NCBI RefSeq assembly: GCF_036321535.1
Contig: NC_087437.1
Span: 107,324,001-107,388,000, forward strand
Source: Camelus dromedarius
Lineage: Eukaryota
Direction: 5' to 3'
Length of the DNA stretch: 64,000 nucleotides
The position numbers and the translations under genes are program-made. Positions 39,701 to 51,765 of the stretch are shown here, in pieces. How positions within the stretch are numbered: position 1 is the first letter of the stretch; each line of letters starts with the position of its first letter. The notes beneath the pieces are model-generated. The model was given only the letters and a program-made list of their open reading frames with translations. It did no database searches and was not told the origin of the DNA.

Positions 39701-40120
39701 AATAGCTCTTTTACTTCTTTTCTGATGATTATTGGTATTCCTGGTTTCCAGCTCTCCTGTGCTGAATACTTTAATGAAAGGGTCATTTTACTGATCAAAT
39801 TGGACTGAATTGCCTTCTAGCTTTTGTTTTTCTTCTGCCCAATGTTTTGTTAATTCTTTCATATTCCTGTAATTCAGATCGACTTGAAATCCTGACATCA
39901 ACAAAACACTCCAATCTGCACTACCACCTCAAGGCTCAGGGACATAAAATTACAATAGAGCAAAAAGATTGTTGAAAAATAAACACAAAATATGCCTTCT
40001 TCTTAAAAGTTTTCCCTCTGAGGTGAAGGAGGATGCCTGGTGCCTGGCGGTGGCTGGACTGAGTATGTACTGTAGCCTGAAAGAGGATAATTTGTTGTCC
40101 AAAGTCATATGTTAGTCACT

Positions 40121-40236
40121 GTTTTTTGGGGGGGTAGTAATTAGGTTTATTTATTTGTTTAGGTGGTACTGGGGATTGAACCCAGGACCTGATGCATGCT
40201 AAGCACACACTCTACCACTGAGCTATATCCTCCCGG
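40121..40236 (-). mobile_element. Camelid tRNA-Ala-derived SINE (Vic-1 type), long-tailed form
   Basis: Reverse complement reads GGGAGGATATAGCTCAGTGGTAGAGTGTGTGCTTAGCATGCATCAGGTCCTGGGTTCAATCCCCAGTACC; TSD core agtcact at 40114-40120 and 40239-40245. Confidence 0.9.
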
Positions 40237-41554
40237 CAAGTCACTTACTAATTTGTGCTAATCCCTACTGCACGTCGTATTAATGTGTGATGCTTCATTA
40301 AATTTCCTCATCTCTGAGGGTTTCAAAACAAGATAATGCTGGAGCAAGAATCAGAAGACCTGGGCTATTTTCTACTCTCTCCCTTTTTAAGGGACAAATC
40401 ATTCAGCTTTTTCTGGATAACGTTCACCTCTATCACAGAAATAAGGTTGACCACGGGGACTGGTGTGCTTTCTTCCCAAGACTGACTGAAAGTCCATCCA
40501 GGTTGTGCACTGCACAACTCAGGGGTGCAATTCACAGAGATCCCCAAACAGAGCTATTTTTTTCCACCTCTTTTCATCTAGGAAGAACTGAGTTAAGCAA
40601 ACAGGTGTGGGAGCCTTCAGTAGTCATGTTGTCCTTTCCCTGACACGAAGAAGCACGGCTTATTACATAAATTATATAATTATATTTGTGCATATCACCA
40701 AGAGCAACCAAGGGAACAGGGAGTGTATCAACCATATTTAATCGATTTACTTCTGTTCTCATTGCTTAATTTTTAAATGAACTAGCTTTTTGGGATTCCT
40801 TAGAATTGAGGATTTGCCTGTAGCCATAAAGATGGTTTAGGACAAGATTACAAAACTAAAAATATTATCAAAAATCTCATTTGTTTAAACATAGTACTTT
40901 TTTTTTTTTTTTTTGCAGAAGGAGTGCAATCACTCACCTTTATGTACAAATGTATCTAGCAGATCCAAGGAAGTCATCGCTATGTGTCAGCTACTCCATA
41001 TATAGGAGGATGTGGGGCTGCTGTGTGAGCCCAAACCAGCACAGCTGTTAGCAATAAGGGACTGTCTATGGAATTCAGGACTGAGGCCAGATTTGCCTCT
41101 GTAGTACATCTTTTTTTAAGCACACAATTCTATATTTCACTTCTTGACTTGATTTCATGGAACTCAGACATTGCTACAGAAAGAAAAAAAGGATAATAAA
41201 CTCTTGCTAGTCATTGGAATGGTGCCAATGGAAAACTAATAGACTTTTCTGTAATTATTGAATCATCTCAATTGATTAATTATTGGGTGCTCTGGGATTT
41301 CATACGAAGAGACCCATATGGCTCTAGAATCCTAAAACTGGTAAAAACCTTAGATGTCATCTCATCTGTATTTGACCCGATTTAAGCCTACCCCCAACTT
41401 CTCTTGGCCTTGCCTCTTGCCCTTGCCATGGCCAAGACTTCAGTTATCAACATCCATCTTCTTATTCTGTGCTTGACTCTGCCTCCCTGGGAGTGAGGCT
41501 GGTCTGCACTGTTCCTGTTGAAGTGGGAATTGCACTAATGCTGGGACCTCAGCC

Positions 41555-41740
41555 TGACCCTACTGTGCCATGTTGGCTGTGCTTGTTCCATCCAGTCTGG
41601 GCTCAGAAGAATCCATGGGGTGTGACGTGTGGCTTTCCTGGTGGCAGCCAGAGGGACTGGGATTGAGAACCTGATAGTGTGGGTGATATTAACACCCCTT
41701 GGTGCAAACTTTCACTAGTGAGAGAGAAGAAACAAATAAA
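41555..41740 (+). mobile_element. LTR16-like ERVL LTR fragment
   Basis: 'gattgagaacctgatagtgtgggtgatattaacacccct tggtgcaaactttcactagtgagaga'. Confidence 0.45.
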
Positions 41741-44700
41741 GTAGTGCCGAGTTGCTGGATCACTTTGGGGCATTTGGCAATCTTGAACTTTTCCATCTCT
41801 TGAGATGCGTTACTTTGCCCAACAGACCATCATTCTCCCTGTTTATCCTCTTCCTTCCTTGAGGAGCCTTGGCAGGGGATGTACAGCCTCCTCCATTCAT
41901 GAATCATGGTCTCATCCCCTTATTTTCCTTCCTGGGTCTCATCCAGCTTTCCTTCCTGCTTCTGGGGAAAAAAAAAGAAAAAAGATCTGTTATAGGCAGC
42001 CACACTAGTGTCAGGAAGCATGACTCACCACCCTGATTCTGTAAACTATCCTAAGCATTATCAATGAGTTCAGTTTTTGATATTTAGAATTCTGTGCTTG
42101 TGAACAAAGAAACCAAGTGAGCTCCCACTAATACAAGCACTCTGTGAGAATACTTGAAACAAGAGATTATTTCGTGGGAAGGATCATTTGCACTGGATTG
42201 AGGAGATGCTTCGGATTCAGGTAGATATTTCTACTTCCTGTGTAACATCGGCTGAGAATTCTCTCTTTCTCTATTAGCTCCCTAGATTAGGTTTTTATTA
42301 GTTCTCAGGGAGATAACGAAAGCTGTATCTGATCTCATCTCTCTACCTCCAATGTTTCCAAGGGCAGCAATTTGGGGTTGGCTATTCTGCTCACTACTTT
42401 TCTTTGTAATACTCTCCTATTTAAATAACTTGCTTAGCTCTTCTTGGCCTCTTCGAACAGCTCTTCCCAGCAAAAGCCGGACCTTTACAACCCATTCTTG
42501 TGCAGAATTTTTTCCTAGCAAAGATTTTCTAATGAAATTGGTTTCCTCAATGTTACCAATGTGCAAATGTTCATTCTGCATTGTGGCCTTGCGCCATGTT
42601 CTCATGGTTTAGTCTTAATTTTTGGTGTCACTATAATGCTTAGTTCCATGGAGATTTTGCTCCTTGAAGAATAGTACAAATGATCTCCTCTCGGGCTGAT
42701 TTTCCCTATATAAAGGGCACATTTAAATGCAAATTACTGTTAAAATGTTGGAGCTGATTTTAAGACTTTCTAAGACAGACTTACCGTAATACTATAACTA
42801 GATATAGACAGAAAGTATAAAATATAAAATTTGTCATACATAATTAATGTATATTTTAAAGGCCTTGAAGACTAAATATATGAGATTGTATGCAGGTTGG
42901 TGAATATTATAACAAAATTCGTTGCAGTTTTAAATGGAAGGGAGTGGGGCTCCAATTTTTAAATTTTTAACTTCCTTCTGTATCATTAGTTTCTTGAAGA
43001 TATCTGTTCTTGTAGATGGTAGTACTGTAAATTTGAAAAAAAGTCACATTATTAACCAAGTCTTATTATATATTGCTAGAATTTCAAGATCCATTATTCA
43101 AAGAAATATATTGGCATTAATGGCAGAAATCAATGACTTTCTTTTCCTCTCAATTAAATTACCATAATTATTATTTTTATCAATTTCTATGTTTGTTTTA
43201 ATTGCTTTAATACACTCATATCCTGTTATTTTTCATTACGTGATACCAAGATTGATTTTGTTTCAACATATATTAACCTGTACTTTATTACCTAGTGTCT
43301 TTTTCCGTTTTTCACCCCAGAAATTGCTTGATTCAAGTTTATTGTTGAGTATCACTATGATTTCATATATAAAACTTCAATGACTATAGTGGAGAATAGC
43401 TATGTGTTTAAAATAGCTTCAGTGTTTCAATCCTGATTTTTGAGGTGAAAAAATATTAACATTGGACAGCATTTCCATATACCTCTAACTCCTGTTATTA
43501 AGGGTGAGGTGAAATATTTCTGCCAACTTTCCAATTTCCTTCTGCTGCTCCAACCCCATTTTCTTCTTCAGAAAACATGAAGATTTCAATATGTTAATCC
43601 TGTTTAAGTCCTTATTAAGGGTGTCAAGTACAGTCATTTTCTTCTCTTAAAAAGTATCTTTTCTGATTAAACTACAGTCACCAGTTCACTTAAATAATTG
43701 GTCTAAGAGACAGAATCTGACAGTTTCTTTCCACCTCTGCAGACAGACAGAACAAAAATGGTGCCAAATCAACCCCTTAGGGCTTTTTTTGTTTAGGGAC
43801 ACCTGTCATTTTAATCTGTGTAATTAAGATAGTGTCTTTTGAGTTACTGAAATTAGACTTCTCTGATTGAACCAAGAAAAGCATGTCAATTGAATTTATG
43901 AAAGAAACATTTCATGTGGTTGAATATTATGAAGCTTAGTGAAAATTACATAACTTCTAAAGGAAAATGTCTGGTGTTTACTTCATTAATTTGAATAAAA
44001 GACAAATGTAGCATTTGGTATTAAGACAGTTTGGCATTTGTGTTTATGTTTTTTCATATCTGAAACAATTGGTAACATTAAACAATAGAACTCATGGTTC
44101 CGCTTTTTACCCACAAACTTATGTTATTATTTGCTTCTGAATAGTCCTGAATAATTAAATTCAAGACTGATCAAAGTAAATTGAGAAAAAAAAGATATCA
44201 TTGGCTTATGTTTTGTTTGATGCTTTAGTCACTTGTGGTTGAAAAACTTAGACACAACAACTTGGTCATGATAAAGAGAGCATTAGTGGTTTTGCAAAAT
44301 TATGCCAATAGGTTATTTTGTAATATTATAATAAATATCTAAAATTTATCTCTTAAAAAAGAAATTTATTTTCCATCACATGCCTTTGGCATTAAAATAT
44401 GTTTTAGAAAGGTCATTTAAGGTTTGGCAACCCTGTGACATCTCAATATCTTTCACAATTTTTAATACAAGAGTATAATCTTCATTCTTCTTAAAAAATC
44501 ATTCTCAAATGTGACTGACTGAATAATTCGTTATTAATTCTTTAGTGTGCATGGAAAGACCAAGAAGTTCTGTTGTTCTTCAAAATTTCTGAATCAATTT
44601 ATTGCATCAATTTATTATGAATAAATGGTATTTCTTGCAGTAATCTTTAAATTAAATTTCTGGCTTCTCTAATCACAGGGTGGAGGTGGAGAGGAGTGGA

Positions 44701-45120
44701 GGTGTGGAGAAGAAAAACTTACTTTTAATATAACTATTAAGAAGTCATGTTTCATGGCAGTCAAGTGAGGACATTCTGTAAACACCACTTATTCATTATT
44801 TTTTTTTGGAATCATTCATTTATCAGTCATAAGATACTATACTTCATGCATCAATTATATTGATTGCCTACTGTCAGCATTTCTTTGTGATAAGATAAAT
44901 AAGACTAAAGAAGTTCACAGACAGAAGGAGTATCTCCAACATATGTAGATAAAATTGCATAACACCCTTTAGGAAATCAGTGAAAACTTTTGACTTCTTT
45001 CTGAAATTATTAGCAATTAAAATTTTGATGTATGATGTTTATGTACAGCAAGGGATATTTGAAAACTGAAGCTGCTAAGAATAAATTATGGAATATGAAT
45101 GAGGTTTAAAATCTAGGCTA

Positions 45121-45341
45121 AGAGCTTCTTTGGAAGTTCTAGCAGAGGAACGCAACTCTTCGTGTACCCTTGACCGAAGAAAGGTCCTCCTCTATCTGGA
45201 AAGGTACAGGGACAGGACAGAGGACAGAGGAACGGGACATCCGCCTAGTCAGCAGGATCAGGAGATGACATCAACACTGGTGATCAACACTGCACATCAA
45301 CACGGGGTGACAGATGTCACAGCCAGATTGCCCTCACATCC
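45121..45341 (-). pseudogene. RN7SK: 7SK snRNA retropseudogene (5' end intact, internally rearranged, 3'-truncated at about nt 240)
   Basis: Reverse complement starts GGATGTGAGGGCAATCTGGCTGTGACATCTGTCACCCC (7SK 5' end) and includes GACTAGGCGGATGTCCC and GATAGAGGAGGACCTTTCTTCGGTCAAGGGTACACGA...CTGCTAGAACTTCCAAAGAAGCTCT. Confidence 0.93.
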
Positions 45342-45359
45342 TAGAATTTGCAAAAAAAC

Positions 45360-45447
45360 AGAAACAAATCACTATTCTGTACACCTGAATTTAACACAGT
45401 ATTGTAAATCAACTATACTTCAATTAAAAATAAATAAGTATAAATTC
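45360..45447 (+). mobile_element. LINE-1 extreme 3' end with A-rich tail
   Basis: 'aatcactattctgtacacctgaatttaacacagtattgtaaatcaactatacttcaattaaaaataaataa' is the reverse complement of the L1 termini seen at about 17105-17170. Confidence 0.85.
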
Positions 45448-45631
45448 AAATCTAGACTCAGCTCATTGAGAAAGCAGAGACATTCTGAATAACTTTGTTA
45501 ACCAATCTATCTGATGACTCAAATCAAATGCAAATTCTTAGATTTTTAATTTAGCTTTTAGTTCCAGAAAATTTCTAGATCATGAGTTTTTTTTATATCA
45601 TAATATGTTTTAAACATAACCAAAAGGTGGT

Positions 45632-45882
45632 TATACTGAAGAAATTTGTTTTTCTAATCTGTTTTTATATATAGTGGCTAATGTATGCAAATCGCAAACT
45701 CCCAAATTTATTCCTTTCCACCCCCTTCTGTATAGCACAGGGAACTATATTCAATAACTTGCAATAGCTTTTTATGAAAAAGAATATGAAAACAAATATA
45801 TGTATGTATATGCATGACTGAGACATTGTGCTGTACACCAGAAATTGACACATTGTAACTGACTGTACTTCAATTAAAAAAA
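45632..45882 (+). mobile_element. Short LINE-1 3' UTR insertion with 5' inversion (inverted about 45632-45728; forward about 45729-45882)
   Basis: Left part matches antisense L1 ('caaactcccaaatttattcctttccacccc'); right part matches sense L1 ('tgtatagcacagggaactatattcaa...cttcaattaaaaaaa'); TSD aaaaggtggttatac (45622-45636) and aaaaagtgtttatgc (45878-45892). Confidence 0.85.
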
Positions 45883-46039
45883 GTGTTTATGCCTAAAAAA
45901 AAAAAGCCTTAATATCATCAGTTATTTAATTGGTATTCAGCTTTCCACCTGTTTCTAAAATATGCTTTTCTGTATGTTTTACTATTTATTTGGGGATATG
46001 AGGGTTAACAGATGGGTTAAAAAAGGATGTTACTGAAGG

Positions 46040-46310
46040 TGACCCTTGCCAATTTTCAGACAAAGCACTTCAAAGCGAAAGTATGGTCTTCCTTGCTCTG
46101 TTCTATTATTCTGAATAGAAACCCTGTGTTTGTTCAACATCATAATATGATGATGAATCCTTTGTCAACCTGAGTGACCACAGAGAACAAAGTCATCCTC
46201 GTTGATCCACATTCATTGCCTTGCACACAAAAGAGTCAATCCTTTGTTGTTCGAGCCTCTGAGGTTTTTAGAATAATGTATTACCATAGCATAACTCTGA
46301 CTGACATAAC
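46040..46310 (+). mobile_element. Old MLT1 (MaLR) LTR fragment
   Basis: 'aatcctttgttgttcgagcctctgaggtttt...ttaccatagcataact'. Confidence 0.5.
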
Positions 46311-47084
46311 ACTTTTTTTACACACAAAAATGAATGCTCTGTCAATTTTTTTCCTTAGCTTAAATCCATAGCATAATGTTGGCTAATATAGTTAAATTTC
46401 TACTCTAATGGCAATCCATTATCTCTTACGATGTTCAGGATATTTCTATTTCTTTTGACATATGCTTTCTAGATTGCACTATAATAATCTTAAGTGTTGA
46501 CTGCCTTGCAATCATCCATGTTGATCATTTTCAGCACACCCAGATCTGAATAGTTTTCTCCTGGACCCAGTCTGAGAGACATACTAGGAAGCTGATTTTG
46601 TTTACGTAAACAAGTATGTATTTTGTCATGTACATCATCTGCAAAGTACATTTCATTGATGGCATGACCAAATGTTTCCAGTTTTGTGCTACAGAGATAC
46701 AATAAATATTATTTCATAGAATATTTTCAGTTTGGGTCACTGTGGTTACAAGCTGCAAACTTACTTTGGATAATATTTTGGTGATGCATAAGAACTTGTA
46801 AAGATATCTACTACTCCTGCTATACACATGTGTGCAGTGTCAGAATCAACATACGATGCTGTCACAAGGCAGGTGCTTTGTAAGTATTTATTGAAAAATA
46901 CATGCCGTTCTTTTATCTCTTCTGTCAGGAAGTGAGTAAATTTATAAAATTAGAAGCATTTTTCATGTACATACATACAGTAAAGCAGGAAAAATTCTGC
47001 TGGAATCAGAATAAGTGCAAACAATGGTACTTTTTCTCTTTCTCTATCTCTTTCTCTCTCTTTTCTTTTTTTTGTTTGTTAAAG

Positions 47085-47609
47085 AGTAGTAAGTGCATTT
47101 GGTGTCCCACTTGGATCCCCTTCACAAGCTAGTGTACACATTTCCCAGTTGCTAGAAGGGTTGATTATACCTCTCATAATGCTCATTCCCCTTTCCCCAT
47201 GGGTGCTGCCTGGCAAAGAAGCTTATGTTCCACTGTTTACCACAAGAGATAGCCCATTGTGAAGACTTACTGTTATAAGGATACAAAGCTTGATCCCCTT
47301 GTCTCAAGGTTAGGCAACTCATGATTTTTGCCCAAGAGCTTCCTACTGGAGAATGGGTATGGCTTAGTGGCAGAGCACATGCTTAGCACACACAAGGTCC
47401 TGGGCTCAATCCCCAGTATTGCCATTAAAAAAAAAAAGGGTGCCCCATTGATCAGGTCAGTATTAGACTTTACCTGAGATGCATCCTTGCTCAGCCATTT
47501 GCCTTCCTTTCCATTGCTTCTTTCACTGTCATGAATTCTTTTTCCTAAAGAGTGTATGCACTCAAATTTCTGTTTTAGACTTTGCTTCTAGAAAATCTAA
47601 TCTAAGACA
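47085..47609 (+). mobile_element. LTR16-like ERVL LTR containing a SINE
   Basis: Ends 'ctcaaatttctgttttagactttgcttctagaaaatctaatctaagaca', followed directly by ERVL internal sequence. Confidence 0.65.
47348..47437 (+). mobile_element. Camelid tRNA-Ala-derived SINE (Vic-1 type), short form
   Basis: 'gggtatggcttagtggcagagcacatgcttagcacacacaaggtcctgggctcaatccccagtattgccatt' plus poly-A. Confidence 0.85.
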
Positions 47610-49330
47610 GTTTGTTCAAGGAATGACCCTAGGAAGCAGTCCCTAAGAATGAGTCCGGAGTTAAACCTCCCACTGGCTGTGTGACAATGTGGACATCACT
47701 GAAAGTAGTTGGAGAATCAGAGTATCACCATTTCCTGGAATACCATGGAAGTAAAACAAAAATTTTTCATTCCTGGTGAACTGAAATAGGATGCAGGTGG
47801 AAGGAATGCACTGGCTTGAGCAATATATTGGGTGTTTGAGAGGCATGGGGAAATAGTAATCACAATGACTGTGATACTGAGTGACTTTTGCTCATGACTT
47901 CAAAAGTAAAAATGACAGGTGCAAGGAGATCAGACACAAATTCAGAAAGACAGTGGATGTCAGAGGGTCTCCCTGGCAGTGTTTTAAAAGCACATATCCT
48001 TAATAGCCTGATCAATGACCAATTTAAAGACCAGGCTTATAACCTAATGACAAGAATAGCAGAACTTCAAAGATGATTGATCAGCTCATCAAGTCTGTGC
48101 TCAAGTAAAGGCTCTGATAAGAAAAAAATGGGGCTCTGAATCTTAGAACTTCCAGATTTCCCTGAACCCACTAACACTGAACAAATATCCCCCTCCTCCC
48201 TTATTGAAAGACAACCTGACTCTATCTTCCTTCCTTCAAGACCCTCCAGAAGCCCTCAGATGTGTCAGGTGTCTTACAAGATAATGCTTGCCCTCCTTAG
48301 GGGTTAATCAGCTCCCTATCTCCTTAGCCTCCCGACCCCATGTGCCTCACAACTGGAGTAACTACAACCACAAATTTAATTAAGTAGCATACCAAATCAC
48401 AGATGCTGTGTCAGATGTGGTGTCCTTACTAAACTGGATTAACACAACCTCTGGTGTGGCTGTTGATACAGTGAATGCATTATTTTTCAAAAAGTCCTTG
48501 GAAAATAGGATTAGAAACAATTCACAAGTAAAAATGTTGTATTTATCCATAGTCTTGCTCCAGGATTCTGTTAAATTTCCTACTCTTTCTTGGTCACAAT
48601 AGATAGTCCAAACGACCTTGGTCCATCTGGCTATTCTTCAGAATCCTCATTGGTCCACAGTGTTGAAGACGTCATGTCAATTAGAACTGATAGCGAGTAA
48701 TATCAATTCAGGATGCTTTGATAAGAAATATGCACTCCAGAGGATGAAAAATGAACTCAAAAACATCCAAGAGCCTACTACGTTGGTGTTATTTTAAGGA
48801 CTCCAGGTGTCTAGGGCAACCTGGAGTAGCCCTTCTAAAGTCAAGGAAAAGTTATTGAACTTTGTCTCTCCCTCCACTAAAACAGAAGTCCAAGTTGGTA
48901 GACTTTTTCAAGTCCACATTTAGGGACATTACTCCAACCCATTTATTAAATGGCGTGGAAGGTCTCTAGTTGTAAGTGGGGCAGAGAGAAAGATACTTAA
49001 ATGGCTACAACAAGCAGTCCTTGCCATAAGGACATGTGCTCAGGTAGATCCCATGGTTCTAAAGGTATCTGTGGTTTAAAGCAAAACAAAAAGACATCAT
49101 GATGTTTCTGGCAAACTCCAAAGGGAGACTTGCAATGAAAATCCCTAGTGTCCTGGAGCAAGGTCATGCTATCTGCAGCAGGGAAGTACACACCACTAAT
49201 AAAGCAGCTTCTGACACACTACTGAGACCTGACAGAGTCAGAATATACAATCATGAGTTGCCAAGTGACTTTGTGATTAGAGCTACCCAGCAGGAGCTGG
49301 AAACTCTCAGAGTCCTCAAGTCATGAATTT
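47610..49330 (+). mobile_element. ERVL internal region (ERV3-16A3/ERVL-E-like) with decayed gag and pol (RT) remnants
   Basis: ORF 48408 'SDVVSLLNWINTTSG..AVDTVNALF' resembles ERVL RT 'PDVVSLLEQINTSPGTWYAAIDLANAFF'; 'gtc cac agt gtt gaa gac gtc atg' (about 48653-48676, VHSVEDVM) resembles a decayed VHYIDDIM catalytic motif. Confidence 0.8.
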
Positions 49331-49867
49331 GGGTGACATAGATGGGTGATGGTTACCAGTGATTATTTGTTGGTAATTTCCAAAAAGAAAATAACACAGA
49401 GAACTAAAAATAAGAAAGTCTGAATCTTCTCCTCTTTGTATGTTGGGAAAAAAAATAAGAATTCTTATACATATATGATATATGAAGTTTTAGTGAGAGG
49501 TATGAGAAAACTAAGACTTTTTGTTTTGAAAGTGTAATGTTCTAAAATAAATGGGCTTTATTGAAAGCCATTTACAGGGGAAAAAAGTGGTGATGCACTC
49601 TAAACCCATTATCCATGCTAGTAGGCTCCATTCTTATTCTGTAAAATTCCTCTCCAAAGCAGGAAAGATCAGTCTTCAACTGACTTTCAACTTTTTCACC
49701 CAAGGAAATCTAGATGATGCAAGCGTTCCTCCATCCAAGGAAGATGACAAATAATATGTTTCAGAATCCCCTCTGAAAACAGTTTGGAACCAGATAGAAT
49801 ATTTAAAATGAGTTTACTCTCCCTTCCTAATAGGGAAGATCCAATAAGTAAGAAATTAAGTGTGTGC

Positions 49868-49871
<4 letters not shown>

Positions 49872-49924
<53 letters not shown>
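49872..49924. repeat. Compound (TG)n(TA)n microsatellite
   Basis: Directly visible. Confidence 0.95.
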
Positions 49925-50827
49925 CATATACATGAATGACTTATTATGATAGTTTTCCCCAAGCTACAATACAGATTATTTCTGTCTCCTTAATATGGGT
50001 TTTGAAGGTATGGGAAGGGGTTGGAGTTCTCTAGGAGTATCCTACACTTGCAGGAACGAATGATAAGAATATCACATCTGTCCGATATTCTGCAAAACTA
50101 GTGTTTCCATGATCTATGAAAGTTTCATGAGCCATATTCTTATATATTTTCAAGAAGGGGTCAATTTCTTTCATTTAATACTTTGAAAGTGAATATTGGA
50201 GGTTTTTGCATATGTAATCTTACTTTGTATTGTTTGAGAGACACTTCAGGGCTCCTAAGAAAGACAAGCAATTCAGTGAATGTGCCATGAGAACTGAGGA
50301 CTGTTAAGTAACGAATGTGAAACTAAGTTGTGCTGGTAATTAAACTGTGTTGTGTGACCAACACAGATGTGTTTCTTGTTGGTATTCAGCCCATTGAGCT
50401 CTTTTTAATTAATTTATTCCATTTAAAATGAAGAAAACCAAATGAGAGTGGTAAACAGACCATTAAAAACTAGAAATGCCTTTAACTGTTAGCTATGTAG
50501 TTTGCTAACTAGATCACATAATTAATTTAAATGTTTGAAAAAGAGACCTCTTCAATAAAACAGCCCATTTATTTATTTATTTATTTGCTTACTTACTTTT
50601 AAAGAAATGGCTTTGGATTTAATTGACTCTACCACTGAAGGAGAAAATAACCTACACTCAGAAGAGTATATAATAATGATGAGTCTGAATGCTTTCTAGA
50701 ATGGGATAATTCCCATTTCTTCATAGTAATTATACATGATTCAATATTATCCATTTAAAATGATATTTCCTGATTAAAAAATAATTATTATATTATATGT
50801 TAAATTATGTGTTTTCCAATAAAGTCA

Positions 50828-51050
50828 AATTATTTTATAGTCTGTACCAAGAATTGGCAAACTATGTCCCATGGGCTGGCCAATTCTCTTTTGCAAATAA
50901 AGTTTTATTGGAACACTGACATGTTTATTTGCTTACATGACTGCTTTTGTGCTATGACAGCACAGTTGATTAGTTGCAACCAATACATTATAACCCACAA
51001 AGTCTAAAATATTTGACATCTGTCCCTTTACAGAAAAAGCTTGCTGATTC
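50828..51050 (-). mobile_element. MER58A hAT MITE
   Basis: 'ttggcaaactatg', 'aaataaagttttattggaacac', 'ccctttacagaaaaagcttgctga'. Confidence 0.85.
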
Positions 51051-51237
51051 TTATTCTAGTATGTAAAATAAAGTAATATACAGTATTTTTATTACTTACA
51101 TTATATACATAACTGCATTGTATTTTAAATTAGCAAGTAGTAGCTGCTTTAGAAATCTCTATCTTCCTAATAAATATGCCCTGTTTTCACTTAAAGCATC
51201 TGTAGAAAGTAGGAAAGAAACAATCCTCTTTCCTTTA

Positions 51238-51251
51238 TGTCTGTCTGTCTG

Positions 51252-51309
<58 letters not shown>

Positions 51310-51376
51310 TTCCTTCCTTCCTTCCTTCTTTCCTTCCTTCCTTCCTATCTTCCTTCTGTCTTTCTGTCTTTCTTTC
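51238..51376. repeat. Compound (TCTG)(TCTT)(TCCT) microsatellite
   Basis: Directly visible. Confidence 0.95.
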
Positions 51377-51639
51377 ATCAGTGAATCTTGAGAAACTCTG
51401 GAGAGGATGCTAATAATAGCCAAGATCACCCAGTTTATGCTGCTGAGTTGAGATTTGCTCTGTCAGTTCCTGAGAAGTGTCCAACAGGATTTCAAAGGAG
51501 GCTCTATCTGGTGATGAAGAATCTTCAGGCTGTGACCTTGAATCTGCTCTCAGGATAACCTTCAAAGGAGAGTAACATAGTTTCCATTCTTTAAAATAAA
51601 GTGAAAACTTGACCCATTAAAATAATTTACTTAAATAAT

Positions 51640-51765
51640 TTGAAATAAATATAATTGTTTTTATTAATTATATAATATAAATATATAATATAAAATATAT
51701 AATATACTATTTACATAATAATACATTATTAAAATAGCTATTTTCATTTTAATGAATAAATAAAG
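51640..51765. repeat. AT-rich low-complexity tract
   Basis: Almost no G or C, e.g. 'ttattaattatataatataaatatataatataaaatatataatatac'. Confidence 0.85.

Noticed and set aside
40898..40918. Strong-looking acceptor (poly-T plus GCAG)
   Set aside because: It is a simple poly-T run with no convincing paired donor or recognisable coding frame downstream.
45121..45341. Functional 7SK gene
   Set aside because: It lacks the 3' roughly 90 nt and the terminator, is internally rearranged, and has an L1 tail rather than a PSE/TATA promoter upstream.
45130..45492. 120-aa ORF on the + strand
   Set aside because: Chance read-through of antisense 7SK plus the L1 tail; it has no ATG start and no recognisable protein similarity.
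51118..51429. ORFs with FLSF/KER repeats
   Set aside because: Translations of the compound microsatellite.
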